64,000 bases of DNA from an uncultured bacterium (lineage in GTDB: Bacteria; Patescibacteriota; Microgenomatia; Levybacterales; UBA12049): the NCBI GenBank assembly GCA_963826535.1, contig CAWGXL010000010.1:426814-490813 (forward strand), given 5' to 3'. The notes below the pieces were generated by a model. That model did no database searches. It was not told the DNA's origin and worked only from the letters and a program-made list of their open reading frames with translations. Below, in pieces: positions 27,385 through 37,102 of the stretch; within the stretch, counting starts at the first letter, position 1, and each line of letters starts with the position of its first letter. Both the position numbers and the translations under genes were made by a program.

Positions 27385-28119
27385 ATGAAGAACATACTAA
27401 GACGATTAAAACTAGCAGGCATTTTATCTACCTCCCAAGAAAAATCAGAAAATCCAACTATCTCCTCATTTAATTCAATTCCGCAAGCTGGCATTGAAAC
27501 AAAAAATGACAATTTTACAGCAACATCCAGATCGTTCAATAGAAAAATTAAAAAATTTATCAAAAATTCCGCGTTTATTCCATTCGCAATAATATTATTG
27601 CTAGTTATTTTAATTGGATATTATTCAATAAAAACCCTTACTAATACTCAACCATCTTCCACCCTTGGCATAGATGATCAGCGTATAGAGATACAAAAAC
27701 CAAAAAGCCAACAGCAACTAAATAGACAATTCTTATTCCCGCTAAAAGGCACTGATGGCAAAGAAGTTAGTAAATTAAAATTTAGCTTACAAAACTCCGA
27801 ACTCCGTGATGAAATTATAATTAAAGGACAAAAAGCGACGGCTGTACAGGGAAGAACTTTTCTTATTCTAAATTTAAAAATTACGAATGATTATAACAAG
27901 GCTATTCAAATAAATGCCAGAGACTACCTTCGTCTGCAGGTAAATAATTCATCTGAAAAATTAGCCCCTGACATCCACAATGATCCGGTAGAAATACAGG
28001 CAATCTCGACCAAATATACCCGCCTCGGCTTTCCTATCAATGATATTGATAAAAATTTACTTTTACAGGTTGGAGAGATAACATCAGGTAAGGAATACAT
28101 AAAGTTAGATCTAAAATAA
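27385..28119 (+). CDS. Membrane-anchored hypothetical protein (DUF4352-like)
   Basis: N-terminal TM. Beta-rich C-terminus QGRTFLILNLKITN...YLRLQV resembles DUF4352. Confidence 0.35.
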   Translation: MKNILRRLKLAGILSTSQEKSENPTISSFNSIPQAGIETKNDNFTATSRSFNRKIKKFIKNSAFIPFAIILLLVILIGYYSIKTLTNTQPSSTLGIDDQRIEIQKPKSQQQLNRQFLFPLKGTDGKEVSKLKFSLQNSELRDEIIIKGQKATAVQGRTFLILNLKITNDYNKAIQINARDYLRLQVNNSSEKLAPDIHNDPVEIQAISTKYTRLGFPINDIDKNLLLQVGEITSGKEYIKLDLK

Positions 28120-28125
28120 ATTTCA

Positions 28126-28302
28126 ATGAAAGATTATTCATCCAAACAAATAAGCCAACAATTAATTGAAGAAATAGCTGAAGCGTTAAAAAATATTCGC
28201 GGATGGGGAAGTGTAGAAATCTTCGTACAGGATTTTAAAGTTGTACAAATTGTAGAAAGAAATATCAAAAAAACTCACATTCATGCATCCAATAAAAACT
28301 AA
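28126..28302 (+). CDS. DUF2292 (YezD-like) small protein
   Basis: 58 aa ORF MKDYSSKQISQQLIEEIAEALKNIRGWGSVEIFVQDFKVVQIVERNIKK. The GSVEI.VQD.KVVQI core is the family signature. Not in the ORF track because it is under 60 aa. Confidence 0.55.
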   Translation: MKDYSSKQISQQLIEEIAEALKNIRGWGSVEIFVQDFKVVQIVERNIKKTHIHASNKN

Positions 28303-28322
28303 TTTTCTTACAATTTACTGTC

Positions 28323-28350
28323 TTGACAAACCATCAACATTTCGTATATA
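28323..28350 (+). promoter_or_regulatory. Sigma70-like promoter
   Basis: TTGACA (28323-28328), 16-nt spacer, TATATA (28345-28350). Confidence 0.4.
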
Positions 28351-28436
28351 TTATTATAGTTCTTATATTTTTCTAAAAATTCTTAAAAAATATTAGAAAA
28401 TTGACAAAATAAATTACTATTGCTGACCGCAAACGG

Positions 28437-28486
28437 AGGCATCTTTTAATGAGTTTACTCAAGCTCATTAAAAGATGCCTTTTTTG
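28437..28486 (+). terminator. Strong rho-independent terminator
   Basis: Perfect 17-bp inverted repeat AGGCATCTTTTAATGAG/CTCATTAAAAGATGCCT, 10-nt loop, followed by T6. Confidence 0.7.
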
Positions 28487-28720
28487 GTAATTGTAATTTG
28501 TATTACAGAATTAATTAATAATAATGCCTAATATAAAGGACATGAAGATGGATTTGTTAAAAATATTTCTACAATCTCATCAAAAAACGGGGGCTTTTCA
28601 AGCTAACACAGATTAGCTTGAGAAGTATCCGTTTTTTTTGGGGTAAACAGCCAGAAAACGGAGAAGGAAGTGCCTCGATTTAATCGGGGATCTCGGTCAA
28701 GAAAGGAGGTGAATTATATA

Positions 28721-29950
28721 ATGACATTTAAAAAACGATTTACAACAGCCATTGCAACCGGAGCAGTCTTACTCAATGCATTGGCGCCAGTAGCTCTAGC
28801 AGAAGAAATTCATGTTACTGGCAACGGCGCGTTCTCAAATAGCACTGTCAATTTATCAAGTGATAATGCAACAGTAGTTAATCAATCGAACAACGCCAAT
28901 GTTACCAACAACGTTTCATCAAATGCATCAACCGGCGGAAATTCAGCCAGCTTCAACACTGGAGGAGATTCTAGAATAGTTACCGGAGATGCAACCACCA
29001 ACGTAGACATTTCTACAGCAGTCAACCTTAATAAAGCTGTGTTGGAAGACTGTGGAAACTGCGAAGGCGGTGATCTTAATGTTAACGTCACAGGTAATGG
29101 TGCGTATTCAGAGAACGATGTTAACGTAACAAAAGATAATTTAGTTAGCGTGTCACAAGAAAATGATGCGGACATCGACAATTATGTAGATGCCAAAGCC
29201 AACACTGGTAAAAACGATTCAAGTTTTAATACCGGTGGCGACAGTATCATTGTGACCGGAGACGCAGAAACCAATGTCACAGTCGACAATAAAGCAAATG
29301 CAAATTTAGCTAGTATCGGCGGCGGCACTGGAACTTCAAACGGTTCTTGGGTCAATGTAACCGGCAACGGTGCATTTAGTGACAACGACGTAGATCTTAA
29401 TTTAGGATCAGCAGTTGTGCTGGATCAGTACAATAATGCAGACATCCATAATTATATCAACGCAAAAGCAAACACAGGTAAAAACGACGCAGCGTTCAAC
29501 ACCGGCGGAGAGACAGTATTAGTCACCGGCGATGCTACAACAAATGTTGAAGTTGACAATCTTGTTAATTTCAATAAAGCAAGCGTTGGCTGTGATTGCA
29601 TCCTTGGAGAATTAGGAGTAAAAATTGCAGGTAACGGTGCCTACTCAGAAAATGATGTAGATGCCGACACCTTCAACGAACTCTTTACCTTCCAGGATAA
29701 TTATGCTGATCTTTACAACGATGTTTACGGCAATGCAAAAACCGGACACAACGACGTAAGCTTTAGCACAGGTGACGTTAATGGCGACCCACTCATCTCA
29801 ACAGGTGACGCGTGGTCTGGTACATCAGTATCAAATGCAGGAAACGTCAACTGGTTCAGTGATGGCAACAGCCTTCACCTTCCAGGGGATTGGGAAGTTA
29901 ATGCTCATTGGGATCTAGAAGATCTTTTGAGCTTTCTCCATCTAGGATAA
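28721..29950 (+). CDS. Secreted N/S/T/G-rich repeat protein 1 (four ~90 aa repeats)
   Basis: RBS AAGGAGGTG. Signal peptide MTFKKRFTTAIATGAVLLNALAPVALA. Repeats VTGNGA[FY]S.ND...NTGG[DE]..[IV]VTGDA.TNV. Confidence 0.75.
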   Translation: MTFKKRFTTAIATGAVLLNALAPVALAEEIHVTGNGAFSNSTVNLSSDNATVVNQSNNANVTNNVSSNASTGGNSASFNTGGDSRIVTGDATTNVDISTAVNLNKAVLEDCGNCEGGDLNVNVTGNGAYSENDVNVTKDNLVSVSQENDADIDNYVDAKANTGKNDSSFNTGGDSIIVTGDAETNVTVDNKANANLASIGGGTGTSNGSWVNVTGNGAFSDNDVDLNLGSAVVLDQYNNADIHNYINAKANTGKNDAAFNTGGETVLVTGDATTNVEVDNLVNFNKASVGCDCILGELGVKIAGNGAYSENDVDADTFNELFTFQDNYADLYNDVYGNAKTGHNDVSFSTGDVNGDPLISTGDAWSGTSVSNAGNVNWFSDGNSLHLPGDWEVNAHWDLEDLLSFLHLG

Positions 29951-30081
29951 TCTTTGAACGGTAGCGGTGTCTGTCTAGCACTTCAGATAGACACCCTACC
30001 AATCAAGATAAATTTAACAAATGTCATTGCGAGAAGCAAAACGACGAAGCAATCTATATAAATAAATAATTAACAAAAACT

Positions 30082-32430
30082 ATGAAAAATTTAAACAAAA
30101 TATTAAGAAAAACTTTTACACTATTTTTAATATCAATACTTCTTTTGTACTCTACGGTACCAGCTTTAGTTATTGCGGAAGAACCAGTACCACCCACCGC
30201 TCCTGAGGCACCTGTTGTAAATGAAACTCCACCTGAAAATCCTGCACCACCCGAAATACCTCAAGCCCCGTCACAAACGGCAAGTAATGATTCTCCAAAT
30301 GATCAATCTAGTCCTTCGGAAACCACCGATACAAATAATTCTGACAATGAACAAAATACAGTACAAAGCCAGGAAGACAAAGATCGTGAAGCAAAAAAGA
30401 AAGCCGCAGGAGAAGCATTTATCGCCAACTATCATAACTCGACACCGGGCAGCACAAATCCCGGCACAGGCACTTCGTCTAATGGGAATGTTGGCGATAC
30501 CACGCTCGCAACAGGAAATGCAACCAATAATGGCTCAAGTGTAACAACAGGCAACAACAATCTTCAATCTGGAAATCAATCAGCAGGTTCGGCAACAGTT
30601 GGCTCAAACAGTCATGAAGGAGCATCTATATCTAATAGCGGCAACGGAGCGGGCTCTGACAATTCCGGGACATCATCTTCTATTGTAAACAATGATACCA
30701 ACCAAAACAACGGCGCCCAAGTTAGTAACATCAACAACCAATCTTCAACCACAGGTACGAACCAATCATCTTTTAACAATGGCAACACCATCCTAAATAG
30801 CGGGGATTCCAACACCTCGGGAACAGCAATCACCGCAGTAAATACGAATGCTGACGGTGTGATGGTATCCGAATTCAACATTGCAGATGACCACAAAGGA
30901 GACATTGTATTAACTGCTGACGCATATCTTGCCAATTGCATTTCCGGTTGCGTCCACCCTGCATGGGTCAGTAATATCGGAAATGGCGCGAATTCCTCAA
31001 ATACAGCCAATGCAAATTCTACGTCTAATAGCTCAACTTTCCAAAACAACGATGCTTCTATTGGGAATAATTTGACTCTTGCCGCCAACTCCGGTAACAA
31101 CGATTCAAGCTACAATACAGGTGGTAATACTACTATAAATACAGGTGATGCAAACATTTCCGCCAACTCATTAACCTTTGCTAATAATAATATAGCCGGT
31201 AATGTCGTATATGGTGTAGTCAACATCTACGGCACACTGGAAGGGGATATAATCTTACCCGAGTATACAGTCGCTAACCCGAGCGCCGCCTTGACATCAA
31301 GTAATTCCGGGAATGGCGCCAATTCATCAAATGCAACTAATATCGCAACTGAGAATAACAACAATACATTCCAAAATAACGACGCGACTATCACCAATGA
31401 TCTACTAATAAACGCTGAAACAGGCAATAACGATTCGAGTACGAATACAGATGGCACTACCACAATTAAAACCGGACAAACTAATGTTGATGCCAATGTA
31501 CTCAATGTCGTCAATTCCAATATAAATGGAGGCACAGTTTGGTTAGTACTTATAAACGAAGCAGGTAAGTGGTTTGGACAATTACTCGGACAACCGGAAG
31601 GACAAAACTACGCCGGATCCGACGGCACCAAATTCGAGCTAAGTCCCGAAGGACAAATTACAGCTAGCCACGATTCGGGTAACACGAACGTTGCTAGCAA
31701 TAATGCCAATGGCGCAGGCTCTGAAAATAATACATCAGTTTCGACTACCAACAATAATACAACAAGTCAAAACAACGATGCCAATATTAACAATTCACTC
31801 AATCTTTCGGCCAATACAGGCGGTAATTCGACAGACTACAACACAGGCGGTAATAATATAGTCAATACAGGTGACGCAAATATAATAGCTAATATGGTTA
31901 ACTTCGTAAACAATAATATTGTAGGTAATGGAAAGCTGGTAGTTACTGTAGTAAATGTTTTCGGTAGCTGGCTAGGTGACTTTGTCGCCCCCGGCCAACA
32001 AAAACGGGAAAAACCAAACCAGTTAGCACAAAATACGAATACTGCTACTAACAATGCTGAATCAACACCAAACAACAATACAACAAAAGTTATACCCACT
32101 CCCTCAGTAACTCAAACAAACAATGGGCAAGTTGCCGGCATCTCCCAATCTGTTCAAAAATCAATAACTTCAGACTTCAAACCAAATAGTGTAAACGGAA
32201 CTAAACAAATTACTTATGTAGATGGGTACAAGGATGCCAAAACAAAAGTAGCAGGTTCCAACACCAATAAATTACTGGCAGATGCATCTTTCAAATATAA
32301 TTCATCAGATAAAACAAAAGCTATTACTATTAATTTAGCCTGGCTCCTGGTTTTAGCCCCAATAATAATTCTTATTATTGCAGGAAGATATATAATCTGG
32401 AGTAAATTTATAACCAAGCTACGTTCATGA
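30082..32430 (+). CDS. Secreted/membrane-anchored N/S/T/G-rich repeat protein 2 (Pro-rich N-region, ~4 repeats, C-terminal TM)
   Basis: Signal peptide, then PPTAPEAPVVNETPPENPAPPEIP. Repeats GNGA.SSN...QNNDA.I.N.L...NTGGN..[IV]NTGDAN. C-terminal hydrophobic anchor LAWLLVLAPIIILIIAG. Confidence 0.75.
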   Translation: MKNLNKILRKTFTLFLISILLLYSTVPALVIAEEPVPPTAPEAPVVNETPPENPAPPEIPQAPSQTASNDSPNDQSSPSETTDTNNSDNEQNTVQSQEDKDREAKKKAAGEAFIANYHNSTPGSTNPGTGTSSNGNVGDTTLATGNATNNGSSVTTGNNNLQSGNQSAGSATVGSNSHEGASISNSGNGAGSDNSGTSSSIVNNDTNQNNGAQVSNINNQSSTTGTNQSSFNNGNTILNSGDSNTSGTAITAVNTNADGVMVSEFNIADDHKGDIVLTADAYLANCISGCVHPAWVSNIGNGANSSNTANANSTSNSSTFQNNDASIGNNLTLAANSGNNDSSYNTGGNTTINTGDANISANSLTFANNNIAGNVVYGVVNIYGTLEGDIILPEYTVANPSAALTSSNSGNGANSSNATNIATENNNNTFQNNDATITNDLLINAETGNNDSSTNTDGTTTIKTGQTNVDANVLNVVNSNINGGTVWLVLINEAGKWFGQLLGQPEGQNYAGSDGTKFELSPEGQITASHDSGNTNVASNNANGAGSENNTSVSTTNNNTTSQNNDANINNSLNLSANTGGNSTDYNTGGNNIVNTGDANIIANMVNFVNNNIVGNGKLVVTVVNVFGSWLGDFVAPGQQKREKPNQLAQNTNTATNNAESTPNNNTTKVIPTPSVTQTNNGQVAGISQSVQKSITSDFKPNSVNGTKQITYVDGYKDAKTKVAGSNTNKLLADASFKYNSSDKTKAITINLAWLLVLAPIIILIIAGRYIIWSKFITKLRS

Positions 32431-32467
32431 AACTGAATGTAGCAAGCCACGTTCATAAACTGAACGT
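32417..32467 (+). repeat. Tandem palindromic units (ACGTTCA ... TGAAYGT) x2
   Basis: agctACGTTCATgaaacTGAATGT then agccACGTTCATaaacTGAACGT. Overlaps the TGA stop of the upstream gene. Related arms GCAACGTTCA/TGAACGTTGC occur at 12578-12640. Confidence 0.5.
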
Positions 32468-32593
32468 AAAAATAAACTAATCTGACCCACTTTAACAACC
32501 TGCCCACCATTAGCTGGGCCGAGTTTACCCTGTAATATACATTACTGAGTAAGATGGATAAACAATATATAAGTAAATAGAGAGACAATCTTC

Positions 32594-33772
32594 ATGAATA
32601 AAAATACAATTATTATAAATAAAATAAAAGTAAAAATATTCCTGATAATAAGCTTTATTTTGTTGACTCTGGTTGCAGCACCAATTGCAGGTGCCGAAGT
32701 GATTACAGTAACTGAAAACGGAGCTAATTCTTCAAGCGAGATAACTACCGAACAAAACAATCAATCAAACACTCAACAATCAAATAATTCAAATATTAAC
32801 AATACAGTTACTTCTACAACCGAAACTGGCAACAACAGTGCTGACAACAACACGAATGGTGATACAATTATTAATACCGGAACAGCGTCTCAAACAACCA
32901 GTATTACAAATGAAGTAAATAAATCAGCCGTAGATCAAACTTGTTGCTCAAATCTAACATCCACATCGATTAATATTTCCGGTAATAGTACAGATTCACA
33001 AAATAATGCAACTAATGTATCCTCGTCTCAAACCATTATCAATGTAATACAAAACGCTACAATAATTAACAATATCAAAGAAACTGCAAGTACCGGCAAC
33101 AATTCTGCTAATAACAACACAGGCAATGTGACTATACATACTGGTGATATAAAATCAACAAATAATATAATTAATTCGGTTAATTCAGCAAGAGTTTCCG
33201 TGCCAAATAATCACCATGAAAATTCAAGTATAAAAATATCTAATAACGGTCATGAATCTGAAAATAGCGTGGTGATCGAAGATAACAAAAGCACAAAAAT
33301 ATTAACTAACAATTCAGTCAATATCAAAAATGATATCAATTCAATTTTTAAGACTGGAAATAATACTGCCGAAGGAAATATAGGCACAATTGATATAAGA
33401 ACCGGCGATATAAAAGCCAAAACAGTCATCCAGAACGATCTAAATATTAACAAAGTAGATCTAATATGCTGCAATCCAAAACAGGTGAAAGAAAAACCGG
33501 TTACCGAAAAACCACAACCGCAACCTCAACCCACACCAAATATCCCTCCAACCCAGCCTACCCCGAATAATCCAACGATTTCTCCACCGTCAGGCCCATC
33601 AAATCCCACAACACAAATTGGACAAGTAGCAGGAGTTGCCTTGAGCTCCCTTCCCACAACCGGCAATAACTGGTTATTCTTTTCATTACTTGGAAATATT
33701 ATAATGCTATTTTTAGGTGCCTATTTAAGACTGCGATCCGGTAATTCACCTGGCTTTGCATTCACTTCCTAA
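32594..33772 (+). CDS. LPXTG cell-wall-anchored repeat protein 3
   Basis: Signal peptide. Same repeat family with CC pairs. Pro/Thr-rich stalk PQPQPTPNIPPTQPTPNNP. Sorting signal LPTTG, then hydrophobic segment, then RLRSG. Confidence 0.75.
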   Translation: MNKNTIIINKIKVKIFLIISFILLTLVAAPIAGAEVITVTENGANSSSEITTEQNNQSNTQQSNNSNINNTVTSTTETGNNSADNNTNGDTIINTGTASQTTSITNEVNKSAVDQTCCSNLTSTSINISGNSTDSQNNATNVSSSQTIINVIQNATIINNIKETASTGNNSANNNTGNVTIHTGDIKSTNNIINSVNSARVSVPNNHHENSSIKISNNGHESENSVVIEDNKSTKILTNNSVNIKNDINSIFKTGNNTAEGNIGTIDIRTGDIKAKTVIQNDLNINKVDLICCNPKQVKEKPVTEKPQPQPQPTPNIPPTQPTPNNPTISPPSGPSNPTTQIGQVAGVALSSLPTTGNNWLFFSLLGNIIMLFLGAYLRLRSGNSPGFAFTS

Positions 33773-33779
33773 TTGCCCG

Positions 33780-33803
33780 GCGGACGCGATGTCCGCTTTT
33801 TTT
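33780..33803 (+). terminator. Rho-independent terminator
   Basis: GCGGACgcgatGTCCGC followed by T7. Confidence 0.7.
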
Positions 33804-33867
33804 ATGCCTTTTCAAATAATAATGATACAATTTGATATAATAGTACCACATTTATTTTAAAAATTAT

Positions 33868-34431
33868 TTGACTATGCACAAAAGAATAAATTTTCATCTA
33901 GGTAATCTTTTACTTATTTTATCCATTATCGGTTTCGTATATACACTTTACCCACTCATACAAATCTACTTTTTCCCACCAGCACTCAAGCAAATCCAAT
34001 TGCAAAAAGGTACATTTTTAACTATTCCCAAAATCGCGGCTCAATCGTCAATTATTGAAAATGTAAATCCTCGAAACGAAACTGAATATAATCAAGCTCT
34101 AAAAAAGGGTATTGCTCATGCACATGGTTCATCTCTACCAGGCAAAAACGGCACAATATTCCTTTTCGCACATTCCTCAGGATCACCTTGGGAAATCACA
34201 AGACAAAACACTATATTTCTAAGACTCGATGAATTACAAAAACACGATGCTATAGATATAACAAAGGATGGAAAAAAATTTGAGTATATTGTTCGCGAAA
34301 AAAAAGAAGTCTGGCCAAATGAAGTAAATTATCTCTTGCAAACAAGCAGAAACCAACTAATTCTGCAAACCTGCGTCCCCATCGGCACTTCCCTAAAACG
34401 CCTCCTAATCTTCGCCGAACCGGTATTTTAG
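33868..34431 (+). CDS. Sortase (transpeptidase) 1
   Basis: N-terminal TM. His in IFLFAHSSGS. Catalytic TLXTC-type motif LILQTCVP. Conserved Arg downstream. Confidence 0.7.
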   Translation: MTMHKRINFHLGNLLLILSIIGFVYTLYPLIQIYFFPPALKQIQLQKGTFLTIPKIAAQSSIIENVNPRNETEYNQALKKGIAHAHGSSLPGKNGTIFLFAHSSGSPWEITRQNTIFLRLDELQKHDAIDITKDGKKFEYIVREKKEVWPNEVNYLLQTSRNQLILQTCVPIGTSLKRLLIFAEPVF

Positions 34432-34451
34432 CTGATCACCAATTATCCAAC

Positions 34452-34832
34452 TTATGATGACTTTCTGTGATGCTCAACAAATGCTTCCATTCCTGCTAAT
34501 GTAGAACGTGCAATTTGTTTCCAATTATGACGCTTCGGTAAAGAATATATAGCGCCTTCCTGTGTAACAAACTGTTTTTCAAGATCTGCTTTACGATCTA
34601 GTTTTTGTTCAATCAATTTTGGGTTCTTATTTGCTCGTATAGTAACTTTTTGAATTTTTTCTCCCGTTTCTCCAAAAACTAACTTTTCTTCGATCACTTT
34701 TCTACCCCTCACCCATCTTACTGTAGGTTCAAGAAATATACCATATTGTCCCTCTTCAACTTTAAGCTTCAATTGTGCAGAACTATTAAATTTTCTAACG
34801 TATCTCTCCCCTTCATATTTAAGATAACTCAT
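34452..34832 (-). CDS. Hypothetical protein
   Basis: 126 aa basic protein. No motif recognised. Confidence 0.35.
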   Translation of the reverse strand: MSYLKYEGERYVRKFNSSAQLKLKVEEGQYGIFLEPTVRWVRGRKVIEEKLVFGETGEKIQKVTIRANKNPKLIEQKLDRKADLEKQFVTQEGAIYSLPKRHNWKQIARSTLAGMEAFVEHHRKSS

Positions 34833-34852
34833 TAGCTTACTATATACATTAT

Positions 34853-36373
34853 TTAATCTGATTTATCAAGTATTCGCACAAATATTCCAGCTCGATTATC
34901 TTCATAAGTCTTCTTCCACTTTCCGGACTCAACTAGCTCCTCCATTCTCTTATAGATCGGCTTACTTGGCGACATATACACAACGGAATAAGTCGATTTA
35001 TCAATATCAGCCACATTCTGCTCGTATTTATAATATTCCACAAATCCGCTATACTCATCTTTCTCCCACAAATGCATCCTGCCATCAATACTTGGCTTTA
35101 TATCCGGATAATTCCAGATCAACCACCCACCCCAACCATAAAGTGACAACAAATTTTCAGTTAGTTTATGTCGGCTTAAATACTCGGCAGATGGAGGAGA
35201 GCACATTGTATTATTACTATTACAATAAACCTCCCATGTAACCGACTTATAAGTACTCAATGGCCATTTTAGAAAAATGACAACAGAAATACTTAAAAAA
35301 ATTAAAACTAGCGAAAAATATAATCTATTACGCCTCGAGGATGGCGCCAAAAAGACTGCGAGCTGGACCAATATTGGAATAATTAAATAATACGCTGTCC
35401 ATGCATATCTGCGGACCTCAAAAGACAATACAAATAAAATAAACGCCGCACCCATAATTGGCAATGAGTCTTTTAACCTACCGTTAAAGTATATAAAAAT
35501 AATGCTAAAAACAACCAAAATACCAATAACAACTTGTGTCCACCAAAGCTGGGATAGAAGAGTAAAAGGTAGATACTCTGCAACATTTTGTAATAGGGGA
35601 TTGCCCAAATGTAGCAATGCGTCAAGATGTACTCCCGCTCCAAACGGATTAACAAAAGTAGCTGCAAAACTTAAAAAGAAAATGCAAATAAGATGTACCG
35701 CTTCTTTAGATACGATTTTCTTTGCCTTTTTATTTACAAAAAAATTTCTAATAATTGTAATCCCCATCCACGCCCCCAATATAGCTAATCCCAACAAAAA
35801 CTGTTCGTGAATATTTGCCCATAAAAGAAAGAGGACAGGAAGCCAATAAAGAACTTTAGAATTCTGTGTCCCGCCTGCCCCGTCGAATGACTTGGGGTCG
35901 TATGACTGGGATGGCTTGTAACGGCTTAAAACTAAACACATAAGGCCCGTCATCAAAAGGCTTATTTGCTGTCCACGCAAAGACACGGAGTTTATGGGAC
36001 TTTCAAGATATACAAACAAAGGAAAAAGTAATGCCTTGTCTACCAATTGAAATTTTGCAGCCTTCGCGAAAAAATAAAATGTTAAAGTAACGATTGCGGC
36101 TGCAGCAAGTGTTAGTCCAAAAAACCCACCGCTGCGAAATGCTGCATAAGTGATAACATCCGTACCCCACTGTCCATTCGCCCACTTAAAATCGGGCATC
36201 GTCGTGGAAAATATATTATCCCGCAAGATCTGACCATGTTGGAAAAAATACTCTCCGTATTTTAAATGCCATCCCAAATCAGGATCAGTAGGGATATACA
36301 ATGAAGCTATAAAAACAAAAGCAAAAGGCAAAATCCCAACAACCTTTTCGAAATAATTCCAAAAACTCCTCAT
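34853..36373 (-). CDS. Polytopic membrane protein with C-terminal soluble domain (possible glycosyltransferase/DUF)
   Basis: 506 aa, more than 10 TM helices. No diagnostic motif. Confidence 0.35.
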   Translation of the reverse strand: MRSFWNYFEKVVGILPFAFVFIASLYIPTDPDLGWHLKYGEYFFQHGQILRDNIFSTTMPDFKWANGQWGTDVITYAAFRSGGFFGLTLAAAAIVTLTFYFFAKAAKFQLVDKALLFPLFVYLESPINSVSLRGQQISLLMTGLMCLVLSRYKPSQSYDPKSFDGAGGTQNSKVLYWLPVLFLLWANIHEQFLLGLAILGAWMGITIIRNFFVNKKAKKIVSKEAVHLICIFFLSFAATFVNPFGAGVHLDALLHLGNPLLQNVAEYLPFTLLSQLWWTQVVIGILVVFSIIFIYFNGRLKDSLPIMGAAFILFVLSFEVRRYAWTAYYLIIPILVQLAVFLAPSSRRNRLYFSLVLIFLSISVVIFLKWPLSTYKSVTWEVYCNSNNTMCSPPSAEYLSRHKLTENLLSLYGWGGWLIWNYPDIKPSIDGRMHLWEKDEYSGFVEYYKYEQNVADIDKSTYSVVYMSPSKPIYKRMEELVESGKWKKTYEDNRAGIFVRILDKSD

Positions 36374-36524
36374 ATTTCAAGCCACAGTATACCACTTTTA
36401 TAAGAAATCCTAAATCCAAATATCAAAATTTATAAATTCAAAACTTTTTGCATTTTGAACATTTGAGATTTGATATTATTTGGAATTTGGTGCTTTGAAT
36501 TTGTAATTTATTTTATTAAGGGGT

Positions 36525-37037
36525 TTACTTATTGCTCTTCTTAACAAGCCTCGCCGTACTCACGATCTCCATAATCTGACCATTTCTCGCCTCAATCTGC
36601 GTAGCACCAGTCTGCTCATGGTAATCCTGCAGTAAATCCGATAGTGTCTTCATCTGTTCATTAAGGTCAAACCTCAAATCTTTCACCTTTTGTGCCACCG
36701 TTGCCACCGATGGCTGTTTGGTTATCTCCTGCTTTACTGAATTTCTATTCTTTGATACTTTTTTCAATTCTTCGCTCTTCTCTCTATATATCGGACTATT
36801 ATTAAAAGAATCCTCAAACATCTCCCGCGCCTTCTTAATCTCATCCTTCAACTTATCAGTACTTTCAATATGATTTTTTATCAACTCCTCAAGACTAAGT
36901 TGTGCCGCAGCCTGATCCGCACCTGAATCAACAACATTTGCTGTTGCATCCTCTGTAATTTCACCTTCAATCACCTCTGACTCAAGTCCTTCCTCTTCCA
37001 GTTTTTTATCATCCATAACACTGTCCACTATACACAA
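36525..37037 (-). CDS. Acidic coiled-coil hypothetical protein
   Basis: 170 aa, E/K-rich with heptad-like periodicity. Confidence 0.35.
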   Translation of the reverse strand: MCIVDSVMDDKKLEEEGLESEVIEGEITEDATANVVDSGADQAAAQLSLEELIKNHIESTDKLKDEIKKAREMFEDSFNNSPIYREKSEELKKVSKNRNSVKQEITKQPSVATVAQKVKDLRFDLNEQMKTLSDLLQDYHEQTGATQIEARNGQIMEIVSTARLVKKSNK

Positions 37038-37102
37038 AACCCATCAAAAAAATCAAGTACTAAATCTTGATTCCTTCTCTCATGTTATATACAATCATAT
37101 TC

